Positions 10,177 to 20,000 of a stretch of DNA of 20,000 nucleotides are shown here, one piece after another. Where the stretch lies: NCBI RefSeq assembly GCF_004010195.1, contig NC_057718.1, forward strand, positions 34,749,731 to 34,769,730, written 5' to 3'. This stretch comes from Chiloscyllium plagiosum (Eukaryota). The notes under the pieces are model-generated. The model was given only the letters and a program-made list of their open reading frames with translations, searched no databases and was not told the DNA's origin. The first letter of the stretch is position 1; each line of letters starts with the position of its first letter. Both the position numbers and the translations under genes were made by a program.

Positions 10177-11009
10177 AGAGTCATAGAGTCATAGAGATGT
10201 ACAGCATGGAAACAGACCCTTTGGTCCAACCCGTCCATGCGAATCAGATATCCCAACCCAATCTAATCCCACCTGCCAGCACCCAGTCCATATCCATCCA
10301 AACCCTTCCTATTCAAATACTCATCCAAATTACTTTTGTATGTTGCAATTTTTCTAGCCTCCACCACTTCCTCTGGTAACTCATTCCATACACGTGCCCC
10401 CCTCTGTATGAAAAAATTGCCACTTAGGTCTCTTTTATATCTTTCCCTTCTCACCCTAAACTTATGCCCTCTAGTTCTGGACTCCCCAACCCCAGGGAAA
10501 AGACTTTGCCTATTTATCCTATCCATGCCCCACATAATTTTATAAACCTCTATAAGGTCATCCCTCAGCCTCCGACACTCCAGGGAAAACAGTCCCAGCC
10601 TGTTCAGCCTCTCCCTGTAGCTCAAATCCTCCAACTCTGGCAACATCCTTGTAAATCTTTTCTGAACCTTTTCAAGTTTCACAACATCTTTCCAATAGGA
10701 AGGAGACCAGAATTGCACGCAATATTCCAACAATGGCCTAACCAATGTCCTGTACAGTCGCAACATGACGTCCCAACTCCTGTACACAATACTCTGACCA
10801 ATAAAGGAAAGCATACCAAACACCGCCTTCACTATCCTATCTACCTGTGACTCCATTTTCAAGGAGCTATGAACATGCACTCCAAGGTCTCTTTGGCCCA
10901 TCTGACCAAGTTTCTGTTGTAATCTGATGGGCCAATGGGCTGAGAAGTGGCAGATGGAATTTAATTCAGATAAATGCGAGGTGCTGCATTTTGGGAAAGC
11001 AAATCGTAG
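10177..11009 (-). mobile_element. Young CR1/HER1-type LINE 3' fragment with a rearranged and inverted 5' end
   Basis: ORF 10263-10901 (212 aa) closely matches the proteins of the copy at 2144-3432; tail at 10177-10195; 10926-11009 is LINE sequence in the opposite orientation. Confidence 0.96.
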
Positions 11010-11588
11010 GAAGTTTACTTACCACTTGCCAGACCAACACTGAATGTTGCCCAGGTTTTGTGCACATGGGTACAGAATGCTGCAATATTTGAAGAGGTAC
11101 AAATGATGCTGAACGTTGCATAATCGTTAGTGAACATCCCAACATCTGATCTTATGATGGAGGGAAGATCATTTGACAAACCAGCTGAAGATAGTTGCAC
11201 CTTTTAAACTACCCTGAGGAAATTGTACAGTGATGTCCCAGGACTGAGATGATTAACCTCCAACAACCACAGCTGTCTTCATTTGCACTCGGTATGACTG
11301 CAATCAGTGGAGAATTCACCACCCCTCCCCCGATTCCCTTTGACTCTAATGTTGTTTGGATTTCTTGATGCCATACAAGATCAAACGCAGCCTTGATGTC
11401 TGAGGGCAGTCACTCTCACCTCAAGTGTTGAGTTCAATTCGTTTGTCTGGACCATGGCTGCCATGAGGATAGGAACCAAATGGCCCAGTCAAAATCCAAG
11501 TTGAGCATTGATGAGCAGGTTATTGCTGAATAAGTGTCACTTGAGCCCTTCCATCATTAGGCTGATGATCAAAAGATGGAGAGATAAT

Positions 11589-12337
11589 GAGGTGAAGATG
11601 GCGGCAAGTAGGACACTCAAGCCGGAGCTCCTCTGCTCGCCAGTTCATTTTCCTTTTTCTTTCTTTGTTTCCTCTTTTCTGCAGATTTTCTTCACCAACC
11701 CCCAACCTGTAACTTCTTAAACTACCCTCCCTGGAGGGAATGGAGAATGGAGGTGATTCTGAGTCCAGCCTGGCACAGGAGATGAGTGGGAGACCATGCC
11801 AGTGTGGGAGGCAGGTCCCAGAGGTGACTCATGTCTGGAGCCCGTAGCGGGAGCAGACTGAGCCCAGGCCAGCCTGGGAGATGAATCCTGGAGGCGGGTT
11901 ATGGCCAGAGCCTGGAGCCCAGAACCCGGAGCCCAGAGCTCGGAGTGGGAGCAGACTGAGCCCAGGCCAGCCTGTGAGAAGAGTCCCGGAGGTGAGTCCT
12001 GGAAGCCTGTTCAGGCCGGAGGCCAGCATGTGAAGATAGCAAGGCCTGGAATTCTGAAGCCAGGTGAGCACAGACTCAGTGAAAAGGACTATAATTTGAG
12101 TACTTTTAAAGATACCTTTTATTATTCTGCACTTTGACTAAGTTGAGTACATTTTAAGACTTTGTATTCCTATGCTAGATTTTTTAAAAACTCTTTTAAT
12201 TCAGTAACAAACACTTAAAGTATCTGTACCTAGGTACCCATTGCCTAAGGCGGCACCAAAGCATTGCCATTACAAACTTTTCACTGCACTCATTCAAACA
12301 CACGTGACAATAAAAACTATTCTATCGTATTCAATTC
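11589..12337 (+). mobile_element. Putative non-autonomous retroelement with a Rex1-like 3' end
   Basis: Interrupts the old LINE; begins aagatggcgg; has internal GC-rich repeats; ends cttttcactg..acacgtgacaataa..ttcaattc like the Rex1 at 7613-7662; possible TSD taat (11585-11588 and 12338-12341). Confidence 0.65.
11849..11974 (+). repeat. 28-bp exact direct repeat (98-bp period) within a degenerate GC-rich array
   Basis: gggagcagactgagcccaggccagcctg at 11849-11876 and 11947-11974. Confidence 0.9.
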
Positions 12338-12479
12338 TAATTAGCCTGGCTGGATTTATCCTGCTTCATATGGATATGATATGCCAAGTCAATTTTCCAC
12401 ATTGGTAGATGGATGTCAATGTCTTAGTTGTCCTGAAACAGCTTGGTTGTGTGTACAAGCAAGTTCTGCAGTACTCAGT

Positions 12480-12785
12480 GTCATTGTAGTAATGTCATTG
12501 CCTTTTAATCCAGAGGACCAGTTAATGTTCTGGGGACATTGGTTTAAATCCCACTTGCTGGTTTTTCAATTCAAGTCATAATTCTGAAATTAACTCTAAT
12601 CTCAATAATGGTGCCATGAAACCATTGTCAATTTTGATTTTTAAAAATCTGATATTAATGCCCTCAGAGAAGGAAATTTGCCATTTTACCTAGTTTGTAC
12701 GAAATGTGTCTCCAGACCCAAAACAATGTGGCTCACTCTTAACTGCTCTCTGAAATGTCGTAGCAAGCCACTCAATTGTATCAAA
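12480..12785 (+). mobile_element. Degraded tRNA-head SINE-like repeat
   Basis: B-box-like ggtttaaatccc near 12541; taatccagag..taatgttctggggac, gaaggaaatttgcc and ctccagaccc..caatgtgg..ctcttaactg motifs recalled from a common shark repeat. Confidence 0.6.
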
Positions 12786-13477
12786 CCTGTTTATGAACAC
12801 ATAACCTCAGCTCAAACTCTTCAAGCTTGTTTCATTTCTTTCTATGGTAATACTGAGTATCAGCACTGTCAAGACCACAGATTAGAACCACAGATTTACG
12901 TATGTGTTAAACTTGTATTTAAAAGATTGTTTTTAAAAGAAGTGGCATACAGCCACAAAGAACTGCAGATATGAATTCAGTGGCCATCTGGAAACAGATG
13001 CTGGAATGTCATCCCTGAAATGTGTCAAGAAAACTCCAAAGGAATGGACTTGATTAGGAGAAATGAACTACAAAAAGAACTGTAATCTTCGAGGAGTTAT
13101 CTCACCTGCACACATGATGAGACGAAAGGCAGCAGTTTGGGCAAAAAACATGTTGTGTCTCTTCCCCATTCAGGAATGCACAAGAACAGTTGTTAAAGGT
13201 CAATTCAAATTCATCTGTGAGTGCTAGTGGAAAAGCTAGCAGGCTGAGGGGCTTGTGTGTGCCAATGGGCTGAGGTACTAGTGCAACTAGCTTTGGTTGG
13301 TGTGCTTAGAAGAACCATCCATGAGTCATTGCAGACAGAGAATTCACTCAATCTAAGTGTTGGCTAGCCAGCAAGCAGGCCAAAGCAAACAGGACAAAGA
13401 AATTCTAACTAACTTGCAAAGCCAAGAATCTGAAACTCAACTGTTCAACTAACAATGCTCCCCTATCTACTCTTCAC

Positions 13478-13700
13478 AGGTTAGGTCAGGTGGCTACCCG
13501 GCTGATTTAGGATGTAGAATGATATCAACAGTGTGGGCTTAATTCCCATACTGGCTAAGATTAATATGAAAGATTATCTTTCTCAACATTTCCCATTATC
13601 TGAGGTGTGGTGATACTTAGGTTAATCCAATGGCAGTCATCTTTCTCTAATGTCAGAACAGGACCATGGTCTGGTAAGATTATGGTGAATTTACTTTATT
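13478..13700 (+). mobile_element. Degraded tRNA-head SINE-like repeat
   Basis: A-box-like taggtcaggtgg, B-box-like ggcttaattccc, 3' end atggtctggtaagattatggtgaatttacttta. Confidence 0.55.
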
Positions 13701-13719
13701 ACTCTTTACAAATGATCTA

Positions 13720-14042
13720 CTGAGACTGGTCTGAATATCTTTAACTTTTATCTTTTATTGGACTCACTTCTCAGTTCTATCCTATATGTTTGCATGTGTG
13801 TCTGTGTTACATGATTTAGTAATAAAGAAATCAATTCTTTTGTTCACTGAAGAAAGTCAAGTTGAATTGACTTCTTTTAAAATATAAATTTACTTGATTT
13901 GGGAAAAAGATCACATGCAGGGAAAGAACCCTTTGTAAACTAATCTTTTGCAATCAACTGAGGAGCTGGATGAATAAAGAAGGGGAGCCAGTTGTCCCTC
14001 TTCATCCGAGAGCTTGGCAACTCGGGGTATCTCATCTGGAAT
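13720..14042 (+). mobile_element. Possible decayed LTR 3' part (may extend upstream to ~12900)
   Basis: AATAAA at 13821 in a T/TG-rich tract, aggggagccagtt motif, then ggggtatctcatctggaat, weakly resembling a tRNA-Pro primer-binding site (tgggggctcgtccgggat). Confidence 0.3.
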
Positions 14043-15241
14043 GTAGTAGTCTGGTTAGGAAACGTTGCAGAGTCTGGTCCTAATAGCACAGACTATTAGA
14101 CATATAGCCACTTTGAGAATTTATCAGCAGACGGATGCTAGCTCTGTGTCCAAACCACCATTTACACTCTCTGTATCCAAGTCACACAGAAAGCTTAGAC
14201 CTTCTAAGTCTTTGCAGACACTTTTATGGGTCATTTTTTTCAGAGGGGTCAGCAGCCCAATGTACCCAAGTAAATGATTGTGCAAGAGGAGCGCATAAGG
14301 AACTGAACGCACATTCTGCGAACTAATTGCTCCTCAGTTGCGTGTTTTAGTTTTAGATGCTAACATGCAGCTTGAAAGGGTTCACCACATTTTATCTTTT
14401 TCCCCTCCCAAATGAATTCGACAGTCAGTTGATTGTAACTATTTAGATTCAGTGTTACTTATTCTTATAGGTTTTATGGACTCTAGAAAAGCATTCCAGT
14501 TTGCTGATAAATAAACTGCCTTTTAACTTTACAAAGATTTAATCGTTGTCAGTTTGAGGTTATTAGAAGGTAAAAATAGAACTGATGAATTACAACATTG
14601 TAATATGGGTTGATACTTGATGTCCACTGGCTGCAGAATGAGACTTCGATTTGTGACATTTACAAGCTGCCTTTAAATGCTGGCTCCTTCAGTTCATTCC
14701 TAGACTGCAGCTGAATTCAGCTAAAGCCAAAAAAATCATTCATCCCTTTTAATTCAATTCTAGCACCTCATATTAATATCGAATAACAGTACACTAATCA
14801 AGAGGAAGCTTGAAAAAAGAAAGATCAAAGAATGGAAAGTAGGAATAATCATTTACAAAAAGAAAAAAATATTCTGCATTCTTCATGTTTTATAGTCAAC
14901 CAACAAAATATGGGACTTATGAATGGGTATAAACTCAATCAATAGGACACCGTTTGGAGAAGGCAACTTAATAGACTTTAATTCCCTTCATGCCCCAATT
15001 TCTCCTTTCCTCTCCTGAAGAGTCTGACTCCTCTTTGATGTTACTCCATGAGAGCTAGCAGTCGTCATAAGCAGCTATTCTTTGAGTTTAAACCAACGGA
15101 ATGGTCAAGAATTACTCTGTGGGCTTTGGAACATGGGAAAATGGAGGTTGAAGCCTGCACAATGGGGGAAAACAGTCACCTGATTTTCCTCAAATTGTGG
15201 CCATCCAATTAAGCACAGTAGATAGGGGCTCAAAGTAACTG

Positions 15242-15520
15242 GGCCAATAGAAGATCTTCCAGAACTTGGAGATGTGAGAAATTTCCTCTTCAGGAAAATA
15301 CCTGTTTCAGTGAAAACCCTCTGATTTCTCTGGGATGAAGTGAAAAGCCAGGGACATTACTAATTTCACAAGCCTGCTTCCTAGGGGAACAGGGAAGGAG
15401 GAAGAGTAGATGTTATTTTGTGCAACTCCTGATCTCTAACTTCCACCTACACAAACAGTAGAGTGTAGACATGAGGCAGTAGCACTTGTACAGGGATGAC
15501 TGAGGTTTCTCAAGCACAGA
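15242..15520 (+). repeat. Left arm of a long inverted repeat
   Basis: gaacttggagatgtgagaaattt..ttcaggaaaat..aaaaccctctgatttctctgg..aagcctgcttcc..acagggatgactgagg matches the reverse complement of 17015-17530. Confidence 0.85.
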
Positions 15521-16295
15521 ATCTTACGTGCAGGTTATTGAGAGGGTGGTGGCCTCCATTTTCAAGTGCCCTCTCTCCAACTATTTTAACTTTATTTTAA
15601 CTTAAACAGAAATCAGTATTTGGGCCACCATTGTCTTCAATAAGCAATAAACATAGAATATATGCTATCTTCATTTCCCACCACCCTTCTTCCATCCAAT
15701 AGGAAAATGGGCCAGTGGCAGGATGCAGGCAGGAACTTGCATGCCAGTTGACGAAAAGTACCTAGAAATTCAATTGTCCAGAGTTAGTGCTTTCCAGCCA
15801 AAAATAGATGCTGCATGACATTATATTTTGTACAGCTTGCTCACATTCGTTTCATGCCAGATATGCGTCACAGGCACCTGCCCAAAACTCGAGCTTGTTT
15901 TTTTGCAAATCAGGAACCCTTTGGGAAATTTGGTAACTGACCACAATCTGCGGTGTTAATACTATGTGCAGTTTGTCTGATGCTCAGACGCCAATAGCAA
16001 CCTAAAGGGATCACCCGAGGCAGTCACCAGAAAGATCAGATAGCTTCCAAGCCAACTTGTGAAACATATGAAACCAAAATACTTTAAGAAAGCTTGTTTG
16101 TTTTCTTTACATAGCTAGTTTCCATATTCAAAGAAACTCTCTTTTCCTTCTGCCTGTTTTTTTTCAAGATTTCAATACAGTCAACTAATTAATCCCCTAT
16201 ACCTGATCACCTTTTTACCCTTAACGCCTAGATTAACAGTTAACAGAATCAGATGTTAATGTGAAAAGCAATTTGCTGTAAGTTTTGGCTTTCCC

Positions 16296-16678
16296 AGAAT
16301 AGAACATAGAACATAGAACAACACAGCGCAGAACAGGCCCTTCGGCCCTCAATGTTGTGCCGACCTGTGAACTATTCTCAGCTTGTCCCCCTACACTATC
16401 CCATCATCATCCATGTGCTTACCCAAGGATTGTTTAAATCTCCCTAATGTGGCTGAGTTGACTACATTGGCAGGCAGGGCATTCCAAACCCTTACCACTC
16501 TCTGTGTAAAGAACATGCCTCTGACGTCTGTCTTAAATCTATCACCTCTCAATTTGTAGTTATGCCCCCTCATACAAGCTGACGTCATCATCCTCAGAAA
16601 AAGACCTTCACCGTCTACCCTTTCTAATCCTCTAACCATCTTGTAAGTCTCTATCAAATCCCCTCTTCGCCTTCTTCT
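16296..16678 (-). mobile_element. CR1-type LINE 3' fragment, distinct subfamily
   Basis: ORF 16391-16708 contains RRRGDLIETYKMVRG..FFTQRVVRVWNALP; 3' end agggccgaagggcctgttctgcgctgtg with a (TTCTATG)n tail. Confidence 0.93.
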
Positions 16679-17014
16679 AACTCCACAATGAAACCAAGGC
16701 TGATGCAACTGTTCACCTCCAGCGTGTCTCTCACTGATTCACCAGAGGCTTCGGTTCCAGCAACTGAGATATCTGAACTCAATCCTTCTCCATGCTGTTT
16801 ATTGGACCAGCATCACCAATTTGTCAAAACTCTGCCTCTAACCTCTTTAGATTGGAGCTGCATGCTGGTTCTGCATAATTGAATCCATTGGACATTTAAG
16901 GCCCATGACTCAGCAATATCATTTGTGATGAACTCCACTGGTAAATAAATCAAGAAAAGGTTCATTTCTCCCATCTTTTTACCATCTAAAATCAGGTTGA
17001 AGACTCTATGTACC

Positions 17015-17530
17015 TCTGTGCCATAGAATCCTCAGTCATCCCTGTATAAGAGCCACTGCCTCTACCACTTTTTGTCAAGATTTGGAGATGCTGGTGTTGG
17101 ACTGGGGTGTACAAAGTTAAAAATCACACAACACCAGATATATTCCAACAGGTTTAATTGGAAGCACTAGCTTTCAGAATGCTGCTCCTTCATTTGGTGG
17201 TTGTGACCACCTGATGAAGGAACAGCGCTCCGAAAGCTAATGCTTCCAAATGAACCTGTTGGACTATAACCTGGTGTTCTGTAATTTTTAACTATTTGTC
17301 ACGGTGGAAATTAGAGGTCAGGAGCTGCACAAAGTAACAAACTGCTGATTGACTGTTCCATTTTTCCTCTTTCTCTGTCCCTGGGAAGCAGGCTTATGAA
17401 ATTAGTTATCTTCCTGGCTTTTTACTTCATTCCAGAGAAATCAGAGGGTTTTTATTGAGACAGAGATTTTCCTGAAGGGCAAATTTCTCACATCTCCAAG
17501 TTCAGACACAAGTAAACAATTCTCTTTGGC
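17015..17530 (-). repeat. Right arm of a long inverted repeat, interrupted by a Penelope-like insertion
   Basis: 17015-17077 plus 17302-17530 are reverse-complementary to 15242-15520. Confidence 0.85.
17078..17294. mobile_element. Penelope-like palindromic insertion
   Basis: Arms 17115-17201 and 17206-17293 are imperfect inverted repeats (cctgatgaaggaacagcgctccgaaagct motif); TSD tttgtca at 17071-17077 and 17295-17301. Confidence 0.85.
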
Positions 17531-19003
17531 CAGTATGGACCCTGAAAAGTCTTTACATGTTTCTGATTTGATGTAAGATGAATGGCTTCCTGGGTGGACA
17601 GCAGAAAATCATTGGAATGAACAGAGGAGGAGCTGAATGCTTTAACTTTCTCACACTTGTCTTTTTAAATTATATTGAATTGTTTTAATTTTGGGTTGGA
17701 GGGGAGGAGGAGGTTGGATTAGAAATAATACTGTAAAATGACTTTATGAATTAGTATGGCCCTTGAATTGTTTTCTTGCGATTCAGAGCATTGGGGAACA
17801 CATCTACATTTGTTTAGTAATACATTAATAAGAAAATATCTCAGTGGCCATGAGATGTCTTCTGGGGTCTGGTTGCAAGTTGTTAAAGTAGCAGTGAGTA
17901 GAAACTGTCATCTTTTACTGGAGTAGTCTGGTGAATAATCTGGGCCTGTCACTGGTGATGACGTCCTGAAGTTCAAATTTAGATAACTCCCATCAACCAC
18001 TACATGCCTTTGATCTGAGGATACTGTTGACATGCAGAGAAAGGTCCTTTACTGAACAGAATGTTCTGCAGCAAGTCAGAATACTGACTGTTACAGAATA
18101 CTTAAGTGATTTAACTACTGGGAGTTTAGTCTTGCTGACGACATTGCGGGTTAGATTGTACAGCCCCAAAAATGAAACGGGTAATCAAGATTCATCATCA
18201 TCTCACTCACAGCAATGTGGACAGCAAGCTGCAAGCACACTTAAACGATTTCTGTGCACAAATCACACTAACCACATTATCAGCAGATAACTGACATAGC
18301 AGCATGGGGTCCAATGTGCAAGCTAGCCTGCTTCTCTTAAAAGGGAGATGGATCATAGCTGGAACTTGGCAGTCATGTAACTAATGAATCTGGTCTACAT
18401 AACAAAGAAGAATCGCACAACATCATTGCAGCCTTGGTGGAAGTTAAGAAATGAAAGTTTTGTGTCCTGTATCCTTTGGGGGCTGGGAAGGTCCTCCAGC
18501 CAGATACTTGAAAGGCAGGGGAATAGACAAGTCCATTGGTGGTCAATGTTGGGTGTCAAGCCCTGAGTACCTGGATACAGTGCCAAAAAAATTCAATAAT
18601 TCTCACATGACTGGTCACAGTCAGAGAGTACATCTTCATAGGTCAAATCCTAACAGCGTCCTCAGCTACTGGCCACATCATTATTGTTGAGGGAGTGACG
18701 TTACATAATTTCATTATTCAGGCAAAATTCATAATTATGACCCATACATGTCATGTCATCCTCTCACACTTATCACTGCCGCACCTTTTACACTCATATC
18801 TTAGAATGTGCGGACACTGTCAATTATTCAACCACAAATCATCGGACAATATTGCATCATACTCACTAACAAAATTCCTTTTGTCTTGCAGGAGAAGCTG
18901 CAACATAACTGAAGGTGGTAGGAACTAACTAGGGGTGTAGAGGTCACCTGTATATTCTAACTCCCAAGGGAGGAGATAGTCGGGACAGTTGAATTTTTGT
19001 ATT

Positions 19004-19166
19004 AGAGACAGAGTCATATAGCACAAAAACAGACCCTTTGACCTAACTTATCTGCACCGACCAGGCATCCCAATCTGACCTTGTCCCATTGTCACCATTT
19101 AGCCCATATCCCTCTAAAGCCTTCCTATTCTTATCGTCAACCACGTGCCTTTTAATTGTTGTAATT
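19004..19166 (-). mobile_element. Degraded CR1-type 3' tail fragment
   Basis: agagtcatatagcacaaaaacagaccc..cccatatccctctaaa..ttcctattc parallels 10177-10350. Confidence 0.85.
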
Positions 19167-19388
19167 AATTACCAGGCTTATCTTGAATGGCAAATTGGGG
19201 AAATTACTTGAAGATCTTAAACAGGTGGGTAATCCAAGATGGAGGATGGGAATTGGAAGGGGACTAATATACTGACAGGGAAATTTGCGAGAAATGCTTG
19301 GGAGGATTTAAACTAGTAAGGTGGGGGGTGGGACCCAGGGAGATGGTGAGGAAAGAGATCAATCTGAGACTGGTACAGCTGACAACAG

Positions 19389-19610
19389 AAGTGAGTCAAA
19401 CAGTCAGGGCAGGGACAAGGTAGGCCTAATAAATTAAACTGCATTTATTTCAATGCAAGTGGCCCAACAGGGAAGGCAGATGAATTCAGGGCATGGTTAA
19501 AGTGAGTCAAACAGTCAGGGCAGGGACAAGGTAGGCCTAATAAATTAAACTGCATTTATTTCAATGCAAGTGGCCCAACAGGGAAGGCAGATGAATTCAG
19601 GGCATGGTTA
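19389..19610 (+). repeat. Perfect 111-bp tandem duplication
   Basis: 19389-19499 is identical to 19500-19610. Confidence 0.95.
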
Positions 19611-20000
19611 GGAACATGGGACTGGGATATCATAGCAATTACAGAAACATGGCTCAGGGATGGGCAGGACTGGCATCTTAATGTTCCAGGATACAAATGC
19701 TACAGGAAGGATAGAAAGGGAGGCAAGAGAGGAGGGGGAGTGGCATTTTTGAAAAGGGATAACATTACAGCTGTGCTGAGGGAGGATATTCCCGGAAATA
19801 CATCCAGGGAAATTATTTGGGTGGAACTGAGAAATAAGAAAGAGATGATCACTTTATTGGGGTTGTATTATCGACCCCCCAATAGTCAGAGGGAAATTGA
19901 GAAACAAACTTGTAAGGAGATCTCAGCTATCTGTAAGAATAATAGGAAAGTTATGGTAGGGGATTTTAACTTTCCAAACATCGACTGGGACTGCCATAGT
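19506..20000 (+). CDS. LINE ORF2 apurinic-like endonuclease domain (partial, open to the window end)
   Basis: Stop-free frame: KLNCIYFNASG..DIIAITETWL..GYKCYRKDR..GGGVA..YYRPPNS..GDFNFPNIDW, the canonical CR1 EN motifs. Absent from the ORF track because no stop is reached. Confidence 0.92.

Larger units (their letters stand above)
9355..12478 (-). mobile_element. Old CR1-type LINE split into four pieces (9355-9632, 9737-10176, 11010-11588, 12338-12478)
   Basis: 3' end ttgagaaggtggtgatgagctgc; decayed RT motif NDLPSIIRSDVGMFTNDY in ORF 11015-11200; WKI..and QDKSSQAN-like RT segment near 12340-12400. The pieces are colinear across the insertions. Confidence 0.8.
19250..20000 (+). mobile_element. 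Young CR1-type LINE: ORF1 end, spacer and ORF2 start; continues beyond the window
   Basis: NWKGTNILTGKFARNAWEDLN* resembles the end of a CR1 esterase-type ORF1 and is followed by the APE endonuclease frame. Confidence 0.92.

Noticed and set aside
11829..12137. GC-rich ORFs and repeats as a gene or CRISPR-like array
   Set aside because: Degenerate tandem repeats inside a mobile element; vertebrate context with no spacers or cas genes.
17915..18025. Minus-strand exon-like frame SSDQRHVVVDGSYLNLNF
   Set aside because: Weak donor, and it resembles the QRVVVDG segment of decayed LINE RT.
18027..18928. Cluster of 60-87 aa ORFs
   Set aside because: No motifs or consistent splice structure; lengths are compatible with chance.

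Overview
Repeat-rich, AT-rich vertebrate genomic DNA, most likely from an elasmobranch (inferred from an HE1/V-SINE and HER1/CR1-type LINEs). Much of the window is retroelement-derived: five CR1-type 3' fragments, the endonuclease half of a young CR1 running off the right edge, an old CR1-type LINE split by three nested insertions, a full-length V-SINE inside a LINE, Rex1 and RTE 3' ends, Penelope-derived hairpins and degraded SINEs. Most ORF-track entries are LINE/SINE pieces or their antisense shadows. Main leads: (i) an unproven minus-strand chain of five phase-compatible exons (7039->745) encoding a protein I cannot identify, with a longer alternative exon containing six in-frame TGA codons; (ii) a ~280-bp inverted repeat pair spanning ~2.3 kb; (iii) a complex 5' inversion in a CR1; (iv) a non-coding element with a Rex1-type tail; (v) a perfect 111-bp tandem duplication. 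Repeat family names come from recalled motifs, not from a database search.
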